This document shows positions 17,762 through 26,483 of a DNA stretch of 64,000 nt, one piece after another. The DNA is taken from positions 4,405 through 68,404 of the forward strand of contig CANKUB010000002.1 in assembly GCA_947486575.1 (NCBI GenBank), written 5' to 3'. How positions within the stretch are numbered: the first letter of the stretch is position 1; each line of letters begins with the position of its first letter. The stretch is from Betaproteobacteria bacterium. GTDB lineage: Bacteria > Pseudomonadota > Gammaproteobacteria > Burkholderiales > SG8-41. Below the pieces are notes generated by a model that was not told where the DNA came from, did no database searches, and was given only the letters and a program-made list of their open reading frames with translations. A program made the translations under genes and the position numbers.

Positions 17762-18682
17762 GTGACGACGATACTCAAATTTGGCGGCTATCAAAAACCC
17801 GCTTCGATACACAATCTGGCAGCGACACGGTTTGGTGAATTGCTGCGCGAGCGTCTGGGCGCTTCGCTTGATTTTCAGTTGATCGGCGACGTGCTGGCGC
17901 TCGGTCGCAAATCCGGCGACCTGCCGGGCATGGTCGAAAGCGGCGAGTTGTCGTGTTGCTACATTTCGACCGTGCGCTTTACACGCTGGGTACCAGAACT
18001 GGCAGTGATTGACCTGCCGTTCGTGGTGCGCGACCGGGCCACGATTCAGCGGGCCATCAATGGCGCGTTGGGTGCTTATTTCAGGCAGCGTTTTGCCGAA
18101 TCGTCGCCGTTCCGTTTGCTGGGCCTGTGGGATAACGGCTTCAGGCATTTGACCAACCGGGTGCGCCCGATCCACACGCCAGCCGATTGCAAAGGCCTCA
18201 AAATACGCACGCAGATGAGCGCCTCGCACGGCGAAGCGCTGTCGGCACTGGGCTTTGTGCCGATACCGGCAGACGTCAAGGAATTCACCGAACAGATTGG
18301 TGATGACCGCTTTGATGCGCAGGACAACCCGCTGACCAATACCTACAACTTTGGTGTTCACAAGTTTCACCGGTACATCACGATGAGCGGCCATTTCTTT
18401 GGCGCGTCCGCAATGATCTGTAACGCGGCGCACTATGCGGCTTGGCCCGCTGAGGTGCGCACGGCGGTCGATGAATGTGCGGTCATTGCCACTGCCTACC
18501 AGCACAAGCGCGCGGGGGAAGAAGATGTCGTAATACGCGCCAAGCTGGATCCGCGTGAAAATGAAATCGTGGAACTAACACCTGCGGAACATGCCGCATT
18601 TGTCGCGGCGATGGAACCGGTGCTGGCGAAGTATCGTGGCACGCTCGACACGAAGCTGTTCAATATGCTGGCAGGTGCCTGA
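17762..18682 (+). CDS. TRAP transporter DctP-like solute-binding protein without a signal peptide
   Basis: DLPFV, WDNGFRHLTN, DCKGLKIR, DAQDNPL, SGHFF motifs; an in-frame TGA at 17741-17743 prevents N-terminal extension. Confidence 0.8.
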   Translation: MTTILKFGGYQKPASIHNLAATRFGELLRERLGASLDFQLIGDVLALGRKSGDLPGMVESGELSCCYISTVRFTRWVPELAVIDLPFVVRDRATIQRAINGALGAYFRQRFAESSPFRLLGLWDNGFRHLTNRVRPIHTPADCKGLKIRTQMSASHGEALSALGFVPIPADVKEFTEQIGDDRFDAQDNPLTNTYNFGVHKFHRYITMSGHFFGASAMICNAAHYAAWPAEVRTAVDECAVIATAYQHKRAGEEDVVIRAKLDPRENEIVELTPAEHAAFVAAMEPVLAKYRGTLDTKLFNMLAGA

Positions 18683-18683
18683 C

Positions 18684-19643
18684 ATGATCAATGCGGCCAT
18701 CGTAGGCATCGGTTGGTGGGGCCAGAAAATTGTCAGTGCCGTGCAGGGGAATAGTACGCGTAGCACGCGCATGCGATTCATTCGCGGGGTGAGCAAAGAG
18801 CCGGATTCGGTTCGGGAATTCACCCAGCGGCACGGCATTCTTCTCTCGACCGAGCTGGAAGATGTGTTGCGCGACCCAGCGGTGCAAGCGGTCGTGCTCG
18901 CTACACCACATTCATTGCATACCGAGCAGATTGTTGCCTGCGCCAAGGCAGGCAAGGCGGTGTTTTGCGAAAAGCCGCTGGCATTGCACAAGGCCGATGC
19001 GGAACGTTCTGTTACCGCCTGCGAAGCGGCGGGCGTTTTGCTCGGCATAGGTACCAACAAGCGCTTCTGGCCCTGCATGCGGGAACTGCGGCGTGTGGTG
19101 GATAGAGGCGTGCTGGGCCGCTTGCTGCATGTCGAAGGTCACTACAGCAATGAAAATACCGGCAAACATTTTTCGTCATGGCGCACTAATCCTGACGAAG
19201 CACCGGCCGCCGGACTCACCGGGTCGGGCATACACGTGCTTGATGCGCTGGTGAGTTACGCCGGGCCCGCGCGCCGTGTGCATGCGCAGGTGCTTTCGCT
19301 GCAACCGCAACCGAGCCCGCTGGATACCGTTACCGTACTGTTTGAGTTTGAGCGTGGGCTGAGCGGCACTCTGGCGGCTATTCGTTCAACGCCGTTTTAC
19401 TGGCGCATCCACGTGTTTGGCAATGAAGGCTCAGCCGAGGCGCTGGGCGAAACCGAATTGGTGGTGCGGCTTAACGGTAAAGCGCCGCAGCGATTTACCT
19501 ATGAGCCGGTGGATTCGCTGGCGGCAGAGTTCGAGGCGTTTGCCGACGCGGTGGCAGGGCGTGCGACCTACCCGATTTCTGGCGAGGAAATGATTGCCAC
19601 CATTGCCGCGTTTGAGGCAGTGGTGGCGTCGGTCAAAGCCTAA
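18684..19643 (+). CDS. Gfo/Idh/MocA family oxidoreductase
   Basis: MINAAIVGIGWWG, VVLATPHSLH, GKAVFCEKPLA, GIHVLD; starts 1 nt after the dctP stop. Confidence 0.9.
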   Translation: MINAAIVGIGWWGQKIVSAVQGNSTRSTRMRFIRGVSKEPDSVREFTQRHGILLSTELEDVLRDPAVQAVVLATPHSLHTEQIVACAKAGKAVFCEKPLALHKADAERSVTACEAAGVLLGIGTNKRFWPCMRELRRVVDRGVLGRLLHVEGHYSNENTGKHFSSWRTNPDEAPAAGLTGSGIHVLDALVSYAGPARRVHAQVLSLQPQPSPLDTVTVLFEFERGLSGTLAAIRSTPFYWRIHVFGNEGSAEALGETELVVRLNGKAPQRFTYEPVDSLAAEFEAFADAVAGRATYPISGEEMIATIAAFEAVVASVKA

Positions 19644-19674
19644 TTGTTTTATAGGTTATTGTTTTTATTGAACT

Positions 19675-20733
19675 TTATTTCATCGCTGTCACAACGGCAT
19701 CACCCATCTGGGTGGTGCTGGCTTTGCCGCCCAGATCGCCGGTGAGATGCTTGCCCTCTGCAATAACTTTTTCCATGGCGTCATCCATGATTTTGGACGC
19801 GGCTGTTGCGGCGGCATCGCCGCGCTTGCGGCCGAGCCATTCCAGCAGCATCTTGCCCGACATAATCATGGCATAAGGGTTGGCGATATTTTGGCCCGCG
19901 ATGTCGGGTGCGGAGCCGTGGGTGGCTTGCGCCATCGCTTGTGTGTGTCCGGCAACCAGACCGGGTGCCAGCCCCAGCCCACCTACAAGACCTGCGCCTT
20001 CGTCCGTAAGAATGTCACCGAACTGATTGGTGGTGACCACCACGTCAAACATCTGCGGCTTCATCACCAGCTTCATCGCGAAGCCGTCGACCAGCACTTC
20101 GTTCAGCGTCACATCGGGATACTCCGCCTGTAACTTGCGATGCTCCTCGGCGAACATACCGCACACCAGGCGATACACCGGCTCCTTGTGTACGCAGGTG
20201 ACGATTTTTTTCTTGCGCGTGCGGGCGATTTCGAAGGCCTCGCGTGCGACGCGGTTGGCGCCCTTGCGTGTGACCACGCGCATGCCGATCGAAATGTCAT
20301 CGTTGGGCCGAAACTCACCTGCGCCCGCGACTACCAGGCTGGATGACATCATGCCTTCCGTAGTTTCGCGCAGGAAAACGATATCTACATCTTTGTGCAG
20401 CGACGGCAGGTTCGGGTAGGATTTCACCGGCTTGATGTTGGCGAACAACTCAAATTTTTTGCGCAGCGCGGGCATCACCCAAGTGGGGTCATTGCGAGGA
20501 TACGCGTTATGGCCAATCGGGCCGCAAATCCAGCCGTCGCAGGTTTTTAGCGTTTCGAGCGTGATTTTCGGCGACGCGTCACCATGCAATTCGTGTCCGC
20601 GCTTGCCGATGGGCAAGTCTATCCACTCAGCCTGCATGCCTGTTTTGGCGGCAGCCGCTTTCATGCACTTGACGGCTTCGGGAACCACTTCCAGGCCGAT
20701 ATCGTCGCCCAGCAATACGCCAATTTTTAACAC
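19675..20733 (-). CDS. Isocitrate/isopropylmalate dehydrogenase family protein with atypical active site
   Basis: LLGDDIGLEV, FDVVVTTNQFGDILTDE, THGSAPDIAGQNIANP; GTG start at 20733 preceded by AAGGAG. Confidence 0.85.
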   Translation of the reverse strand: MLKIGVLLGDDIGLEVVPEAVKCMKAAAAKTGMQAEWIDLPIGKRGHELHGDASPKITLETLKTCDGWICGPIGHNAYPRNDPTWVMPALRKKFELFANIKPVKSYPNLPSLHKDVDIVFLRETTEGMMSSSLVVAGAGEFRPNDDISIGMRVVTRKGANRVAREAFEIARTRKKKIVTCVHKEPVYRLVCGMFAEEHRKLQAEYPDVTLNEVLVDGFAMKLVMKPQMFDVVVTTNQFGDILTDEGAGLVGGLGLAPGLVAGHTQAMAQATHGSAPDIAGQNIANPYAMIMSGKMLLEWLGRKRGDAAATAASKIMDDAMEKVIAEGKHLTGDLGGKASTTQMGDAVVTAMK

Positions 20734-20831
20734 TGCGTTCTCCTTGAGTACTGATGACTGAAAGTTACAGAACCCGGATGATTTCATTTCACGCGCTTTC
20801 GCGCAATACTTGTCTGATGCACAATACCGAT

Positions 20832-21668
20832 ATGACGACACTAAAACTAGCCTGTCTGCAGGCCAACACCGGCAATGATCTCGCCGCCAACCTCACCACC
20901 GTGCGCGCCATGATCCGCGAGGCCGCAACCAACGGCGCGCAATGGATACTCACCCCCGAATACACGCTGATGATGGATGGCAGCGGCCGTGTAATGCGCG
21001 AGCAAGCCTTGCCTGCCGATGGCGGTGCTTCGCTGGCAGAATTGAAGTCGATGGCGAAAGAACTAAACGTGTGGCTGTTGATTGGCTCGCTCACGCTACG
21101 TACCGGTGAAGAAGGGGAAGGCGCCGACACCCGCATCGTCAACCGTTCATTCCTGATCAATGACGAAGGCGAAACCGTCGCCACCTACGACAAGATACAC
21201 ATGTTCGATGTCACACTGCCCGACGGCAAGGTGATCCGCGAATCGTCGGCGTATCGGCCGGGTGGCACGGCGGTGACGGTAGACACGCCGCTGGGCAAAG
21301 TGGGGCTGACGATTTGTTACGACTTGCGCTTCCCGCAACTGTTTCGCACGCTGGCGCAGGCCGGCGCGCAAATCATCACCGTGCCGTCATCGTTTCAGCG
21401 CCAGACCGGCAAGGCGCACTGGCACCCGCTGCTGCAGGCGCGCGCGATTGAAAACGGCTGTTACATCATCGCGCCGGCGATGTGCGGCGAACATGCGGGC
21501 AACCGGCAGACCTTCGGCCATTCGCTGGTGGTGAATCCATGGGGCGAGGTGATTGCCGATGGCGGGGAAGGGCCGGGGATTGTTTATGCAGAGATTGATG
21601 TGGAGCGGGTGGCTGAGGTGCGCGGGATGATTCCTTCGTTGACGCATGATCGGGAATTCAAAATGTAG
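20832..21668 (+). CDS. Carbon-nitrogen hydrolase (Nit1 / deaminated-glutathione amidase-like)
   Basis: E-K-C triad: TPEY, YDKIHMFDV, ICYDLRFP; also TGKAHWHPLLQARAIEN. Confidence 0.88.
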   Translation: MTTLKLACLQANTGNDLAANLTTVRAMIREAATNGAQWILTPEYTLMMDGSGRVMREQALPADGGASLAELKSMAKELNVWLLIGSLTLRTGEEGEGADTRIVNRSFLINDEGETVATYDKIHMFDVTLPDGKVIRESSAYRPGGTAVTVDTPLGKVGLTICYDLRFPQLFRTLAQAGAQIITVPSSFQRQTGKAHWHPLLQARAIENGCYIIAPAMCGEHAGNRQTFGHSLVVNPWGEVIADGGEGPGIVYAEIDVERVAEVRGMIPSLTHDREFKM

Positions 21669-21737
21669 CTTGCAATAAGCGAAGCGTAGTGAACGCGGGC
21701 ATTCCTACCTTGCGCGTGGCTTGCAGAACTGTAGTCG

Positions 21738-22429
21738 CTAGTTTGGCTGAGTTGTATTTTTTGAAACCAGATTGTGAAACCCAGTGTCCGCCATAAGATT
21801 CCGAACGTTGGCGGCAAAGGCATTTCTTAGAAAAATTGGAAACCCGCCGTTAATCGTTTCCTCACTACGATACGAACCTTCTGTTGTTACTTCATAGATC
21901 ACCTTGCTGACGCTGCGGCTATAGATTTGCCAAGCCACACGCATTAACGTCGCCCCCTTTGCCGCAGTAGTATTTCCAATATTCGCATTTGGACTACCGG
22001 AAAAAGGGAAACAAAGTTGGTTCTCGACTTTAGTTATCAATCCAGCAACGATAAATTCTGCTTTTTCAACAGTGGAATCCCCAAACAAGGCGTATGGATC
22101 TCCTACTACCGGATATTTGCGTAGTTCTAGTTCTTTTCTGAGGGCGTCGGTGAATTCTTCGTCAGTAACATTAAGTTGTCCACCGCGCCACCCAAGGGTT
22201 CTTCCTGGGAAACAGCCCCATCCATATTGAATTTGACCAGTAATTTCCCCGAGAGGAAGTTTGGCAATTACTTTTCGAAATGAAATGGGTTGCGCGTTAG
22301 TCACCTCTTTGATCTCAAGTGGCTTTTTGTTTCGACCGTAGTAACGGTGCCGCCAGGAACGCCACAACCGCTTAATAGGAACAACGTAAAGCTCGCAATG
22401 TATCGTTGTCGATAAGTCTCTAATTTCAT
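21738..22429 (-). pseudogene. AT-rich lipoprotein gene split by a 1-nt frameshift (or sequencing error)
   Basis: GGAGG then ATG 22429 gives MKLETYRQRYIASFTLFLLSGC (lipobox) GVPGGTVTTVETK. The roughly 195-aa body continues in the -1 frame from the A5 run at 22324-22328. Confidence 0.7.
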
Positions 22430-22471
22430 TGTATTTACACCTCCCTTTTGGAGCTATAGACGCTATACAAT

Positions 22472-22613
22472 TTAGTAAGACTTGGGCAACCCAACACCTT
22501 CTCCGCAATAAAACAAAAAATCATCTGCGAGCTAACCGGCACCAGCCGCAGAATCATCGCTTCCCGGAAATACCGTTCGATGTGAAATTCCTTGGTTTAG
22601 CCCATGTCGCCGT
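22472..22613 (-). repeat. Decayed second copy of the last ~47 codons of the acyl-CoA dehydrogenase gene (direct repeat of 23156-23298)
   Basis: Manual alignment gives 16 substitutions and 1 gap over 143 nt, including a premature TAA and a frameshift. Confidence 0.9.
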
Positions 22614-22618
22614 ACATC

Positions 22619-22846
22619 CTACGCCACCGCATATCGTCTAACGTCAACCTGAGCACCCGCCTGCGACAACCGTTCTGCGGTATTTAGCAGCTCGGTAGTG
22701 ACCTTTGAATCGACGTAGTCTTCACCACAGTTCGGGCAAACCTGCGCGGGCACTTCGCGTATCACAAAGGTCGCGCCGTCACGCTCCAATGTAACCGTGG
22801 TGATGCCTGGTCGAGTATCCGCTTGTTTGCACACTACGCATTTCAT
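22619..22846 (-). CDS. YgiT-type zinc-finger protein (MqsA N-terminal-like antitoxin)
   Basis: MKCVVCK...VIREVPAQVCPNCGEDY; ATGA overlap with the upstream toxin gene. Confidence 0.85.
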   Translation of the reverse strand: MKCVVCKQADTRPGITTVTLERDGATFVIREVPAQVCPNCGEDYVDSKVTTELLNTAERLSQAGAQVDVRRYAVA

Positions 22847-23118
22847 GGCTTTCTCCTTCGAAATTCGTCGTCCCATAGCGTGGGATCGGGTTCATAAACG
22901 GTAACGATAATTTTTTCATCTTCAACGGCATTATAGGCTGCTACTACGTGCAACGGACGGTTGCTGCGCCAGCCGAGCAGCAGTCGGCTTGGATACGGTT
23001 GGTCGTCGGGATAAGCTGCGATTTCCTCCCCTTCGGTCAGCAACTCGGCAACGTCCGCATCCGTGATGCGTCGCTCGAACATGCGTCGGACGGCATGCAC
23101 GCGATAGGTTATTTTCAT
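22843..23118 (-). CDS. DUF4258 family putative toxin
   Basis: HAVRRMFERRI, YPDDQPYPSRLLLG, RPLHVV, IIVTVYEPDP..W; start ATG 23118. Confidence 0.85.
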   Translation of the reverse strand: MKITYRVHAVRRMFERRITDADVAELLTEGEEIAAYPDDQPYPSRLLLGWRSNRPLHVVAAYNAVEDEKIIVTVYEPDPTLWDDEFRRRKP

Positions 23119-23155
23119 CGAGCGGTATCTTGTCTGCGCATTTGTAAGTAGTAGG

Positions 23156-24322
23156 TTAATAAGACTTCGGTAACCCCAACACCTTCTCCGCAATAAAACA
23201 AAGTATCATCTGCGAGCTTACCGGCGCCAGCCGCGGAATCATCGCCTCGCGAAAATAACGCTCGATGTGAAATTCCTTGGCATAGCCCATGCCGCCGTGG
23301 GTGAGCATTGCGGTTTCGCAGGCTTTGAAGCCCGCTTCGCCTGCCAGATATTTCGAGGCGTTGGCTTCGGCGCCGCAGGGTTGCTGGGTGTCGTAGAGCC
23401 AAGCCGCTTTGTAAGTCATCAGTTCGGCGGCTTCGAGTTCCATCCAGCGTGCGGCCAGCGGGTGCTGTATGCCCTGATTCTGGCCGATAGGGCGGTCGAA
23501 CACGATACGTTCCCGCGCATACGCCGCGCCGCGCTTTAAGGCCGCTTTGCCCAACCCCACGGCTTCGGCTGCGACCAGGATACGCTCCGGGTTGAGGCTG
23601 TGCAGGATGTAGCGGAAGCCTTTGCCTTCTTCGCCAATGCGATCTTCGACTGGCACCTTGAGGCCGTCGATGAACACTTGATTGGAGTCGACGGCTTTGC
23701 GGCCCATTTTTTCGATTTCGTGCACTTCGACGTGCTTGCGATCCATGTCGGTGTAGAACAGGGTGAGGCCGTCGATGGGGCGCTGGCTTTCTTCAATCGG
23801 CGTGGTGCGCGCGAGCAGCAGAATTTTATTGGTGACCTGCGCGGTGGTGGTCCAGATTTTCTGGCCCGACACGATGTAGTGATCGCCGTGGCGCGTGGCC
23901 TTGGTTTTGAGCATGGCCGTATTGAGCCCGGTATTGGGCTCGGTGACGCCGAAGCAGGCTTTGTCTTTGCCCTCGATCATCGGTGGCAGAAAGCGCTTTT
24001 TCTGCTCTTCGCTGCCGTAGACCACCACGGAATGCAGGCCGAAGATGTTCATGTGCAAGGCCGACGCGCCGGAAAATCCTGCGCCGGATTCGGAAATGGC
24101 TTGCATCATCAGCGCGGCTTCGGTGATGCCAAGGCCCGCGCCGCCGTACTCCTGAGGCATGGCAATGCCGAGCCAGCCGTCACGCGCGAAGGCGGCGTGG
24201 AAGTCCTGCGGGAAACCGCCTTCGCGGTCTTTTTTCAGCCAGTAGGCGTCATCGAAATGCGCGCAGATTTTTTCGATGGCGGCGCGGATGGTGCGCTGGT
24301 CTTCGGTTAGGGAAAAATTCAT
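23156..24322 (-). CDS. Acyl-CoA dehydrogenase family protein
   Basis: MNFSLTEDQ, PQEYGGAGLG, FGVTEPNTG, GQKIWTT, LNPERI, HGGMGYAKEFHIERYFRE. Confidence 0.93.
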   Translation of the reverse strand: MNFSLTEDQRTIRAAIEKICAHFDDAYWLKKDREGGFPQDFHAAFARDGWLGIAMPQEYGGAGLGITEAALMMQAISESGAGFSGASALHMNIFGLHSVVVYGSEEQKKRFLPPMIEGKDKACFGVTEPNTGLNTAMLKTKATRHGDHYIVSGQKIWTTTAQVTNKILLLARTTPIEESQRPIDGLTLFYTDMDRKHVEVHEIEKMGRKAVDSNQVFIDGLKVPVEDRIGEEGKGFRYILHSLNPERILVAAEAVGLGKAALKRGAAYARERIVFDRPIGQNQGIQHPLAARWMELEAAELMTYKAAWLYDTQQPCGAEANASKYLAGEAGFKACETAMLTHGGMGYAKEFHIERYFREAMIPRLAPVSSQMILCFIAEKVLGLPKSY

Positions 24323-24335
24323 ATAAATCAATTAA

Positions 24336-24379
24336 TTATGGGTTGGCTATAGGTTAGCTATAGGTTGGCTATGGGTTGG
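24336..24379. repeat. Four tandem 11-bp units, consensus CTATRGGTTRG
   Basis: TTATGGGTTGG, CTATAGGTTAG, CTATAGGTTGG, CTATGGGTTGG; the last unit contains the CoA-transferase stop codon. Confidence 0.85.
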
Positions 24380-25565
24380 TTACGCCTGCGGCGCGAAGCG
24401 CCTCGATGTCAGCGACACTGTAACCCGCTTCTCGCAAGACTTCCGCACTATGCTGCCCCAGCTGTGGCGCGTGCATGCGTATCTCCGGCTGCGACCTGGA
24501 CCACGTGGTCGGTATATCCATCTCGCGAATCGTGCCTTCGGTGGGGTGCTCCATCACTTTGAAAAACCCCGTCGCAGCGTGATGCGGATCGTCCAGTAAG
24601 TCATCCAGCGAATTTAACGGCATCACGGGAATGTCGGCTTCGGTCAGTGCCTGTAGCCATTCAGCAGACGTTCGCGTGGAAATTTCCTGTGCGACCCAGG
24701 CATAGAGCGCGTCGAAATGTTTGGCGCGGTTGGTGTGCGAATTGACGCGTTCATCCGTCGCAAATTCATGCTCGCGGCCCAGCAGTCTGTAAAAACTGCG
24801 CCATTGCTTGTCGTTGTAGACCAGCGCGCACAAATAGCCGTCGCGCGTTTTGTACGGGTTACGATGGGGCGTCAGCAGGCGCGGGTAACCCATCGCAGCA
24901 ATCGGTGGATCAAAGGTGCGCCCGCCCATGTGATCACTCAAAATAAACTGCGTGAGACCTTCAAACATGGGGATTTCAATCGCCTGACCTTGGCCGCTGC
25001 GTTCACGGTAAAACAATGCGGCCAGTATGGCGTGTACGGTATTCAGTCCGGTTATACGATCGGTGACAGTGGAAGGTACAAATCGCGGCTTATCCGCGCC
25101 GGCTTGTGCAAACAATGAAGGCAGTGCGACCATGCCCTGAATGATATCGTCGTATGCTGCCTTGGCGGCGTAGGGGCCGCTTTGCCGGAAGCCGGTGGAG
25201 CCGGCGTAAATGAGGCGCGGGTTGACCTTGCACACATCTTCGTACGAGAGCTTCAGGCGCGCCATCGCAGCCGGGCGCACGTTGTAGGCCAGCACGTCGG
25301 CGGTTTTCAACAAACGCAGCAGCGCGGCGTGGCCTTCGGGTTTTTTGAGATTTAAAACAATACTGCGCTTGTTGCGGTTCAAATGCAGGAAATTCGCCCC
25401 CATGCCGGGGTTGCGCTGCGCGGCGACGTAACGCGTATTGTCGCCTTCGGGTGCCTCGACTTTGATTACGTCAGCACCGTAATCGGCGAGGATCTGCGTG
25501 GCATACGGGCCGAGGATGACCGAGGTCAAGTCGATAATGCGCACGCCGTGAAGGGGGCCGCTCAT
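24369..25565 (-). CDS. CaiB/BaiF family III CoA-transferase
   Basis: MSGPLHGVRIIDLT, LADYGADVIKVE, NRNKRSI, AAYDDIIQ, APQLGQHS; start ATG 25565. Confidence 0.92.
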   Translation of the reverse strand: MSGPLHGVRIIDLTSVILGPYATQILADYGADVIKVEAPEGDNTRYVAAQRNPGMGANFLHLNRNKRSIVLNLKKPEGHAALLRLLKTADVLAYNVRPAAMARLKLSYEDVCKVNPRLIYAGSTGFRQSGPYAAKAAYDDIIQGMVALPSLFAQAGADKPRFVPSTVTDRITGLNTVHAILAALFYRERSGQGQAIEIPMFEGLTQFILSDHMGGRTFDPPIAAMGYPRLLTPHRNPYKTRDGYLCALVYNDKQWRSFYRLLGREHEFATDERVNSHTNRAKHFDALYAWVAQEISTRTSAEWLQALTEADIPVMPLNSLDDLLDDPHHAATGFFKVMEHPTEGTIREMDIPTTWSRSQPEIRMHAPQLGQHSAEVLREAGYSVADIEALRAAGVTNP

Positions 25566-25733
25566 GGGTAATACCACTCCGGAAATTCGTCCGCCGCCGG
25601 ACGCAGTCGCAATCGTAACAGTACCGAGAAACGCGGTGAGACGGGCTGGGGTGAATGTTATAATCTGCATGATGAACAAAGCGCTCAATCTTATTCGCAT
25701 GACTCGTCTATCTATTGTGTCCGCAGATTGCTG

Positions 25734-26483
25734 ATGCGCATACTCATCAGCAACGACGACGGTTATTTCTCGCCTGGTATTGCCGCGCTGGCACAGGCGC
25801 TATCGGCTTTGGGCACGGTGACGGTTGTTGCGCCGGAGCGTGATCGCAGCGGCGCGAGCAATTCACTCACGCTGGATCGTCCGTTGTCGGTGCGCACTGC
25901 TGCCAACGGGTTTCGTTATGTGAATGGCACGCCTACCGATTGCGTGCATCTGGCAGTGACAGGTTTGCTCGATACCCTGCCGGATATTGTGGTGTCTGGC
26001 ATCAATCACGGTGCCAACATGGGGGACGACACCATTTATTCTGGGACGGTGGCGGCAGCGACAGAGGGTTTTTTGCTGGGCATACCCTCGATGGCGATTT
26101 CACTGGTAGCGGCGGGCAACGATCATTACGCCACGGCAGCCGAGGTTGCGTGCAAATTGGTTGAGCGTTATGTTCGCGCGCCGTTGGGTGAACCCATGCT
26201 GTTGAATGTAAACGTGCCTGACGTGGCTGCGCGCGATCTCAACGGAATTGAAGTGACGCGCCTGGGTAAACGCCACAAGGCAGAGCCGGTGATTAAGGCG
26301 CAGAATCCACGCGGCGACGCGATTTACTGGGTGGGTGCAGCGGGCAGTGCGCAAGATGCGGGCGAGGGCACGGATTTTTACGCGGTGGCGAATCGCCGCG
26401 TATCGATTACACCGCTGCAAGTCGATCTGACGCGTTTTACGCAAATGATGCGCGTGACGGATTGGTTGAACGCAGGTGGCTGA
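25734..26483 (+). CDS. surE: 5'/3'-nucleotidase SurE
   Basis: [44 protein letters not shown]. Confidence 0.97.
   Translation: MRILISNDDGYFSPGIAALAQALSALGTVTVVAPERDRSGASNSLTLDRPLSVRTAANGFRYVNGTPTDCVHLAVTGLLDTLPDIVVSGINHGANMGDDTIYSGTVAAATEGFLLGIPSMAISLVAAGNDHYATAAEVACKLVERYVRAPLGEPMLLNVNVPDVAARDLNGIEVTRLGKRHKAEPVIKAQNPRGDAIYWVGAAGSAQDAGEGTDFYAVANRRVSITPLQVDLTRFTQMMRVTDWLNAGG

Noticed and set aside
22430-22508. Track ORF 21738..22508 starting MRRRCW, similar to the MRRRCW start of ORF 22843..23193
   Set aside because: Both N-termini are off-frame readings of the duplicated acyl-CoA dehydrogenase end; real starts are 22429 and 23118.
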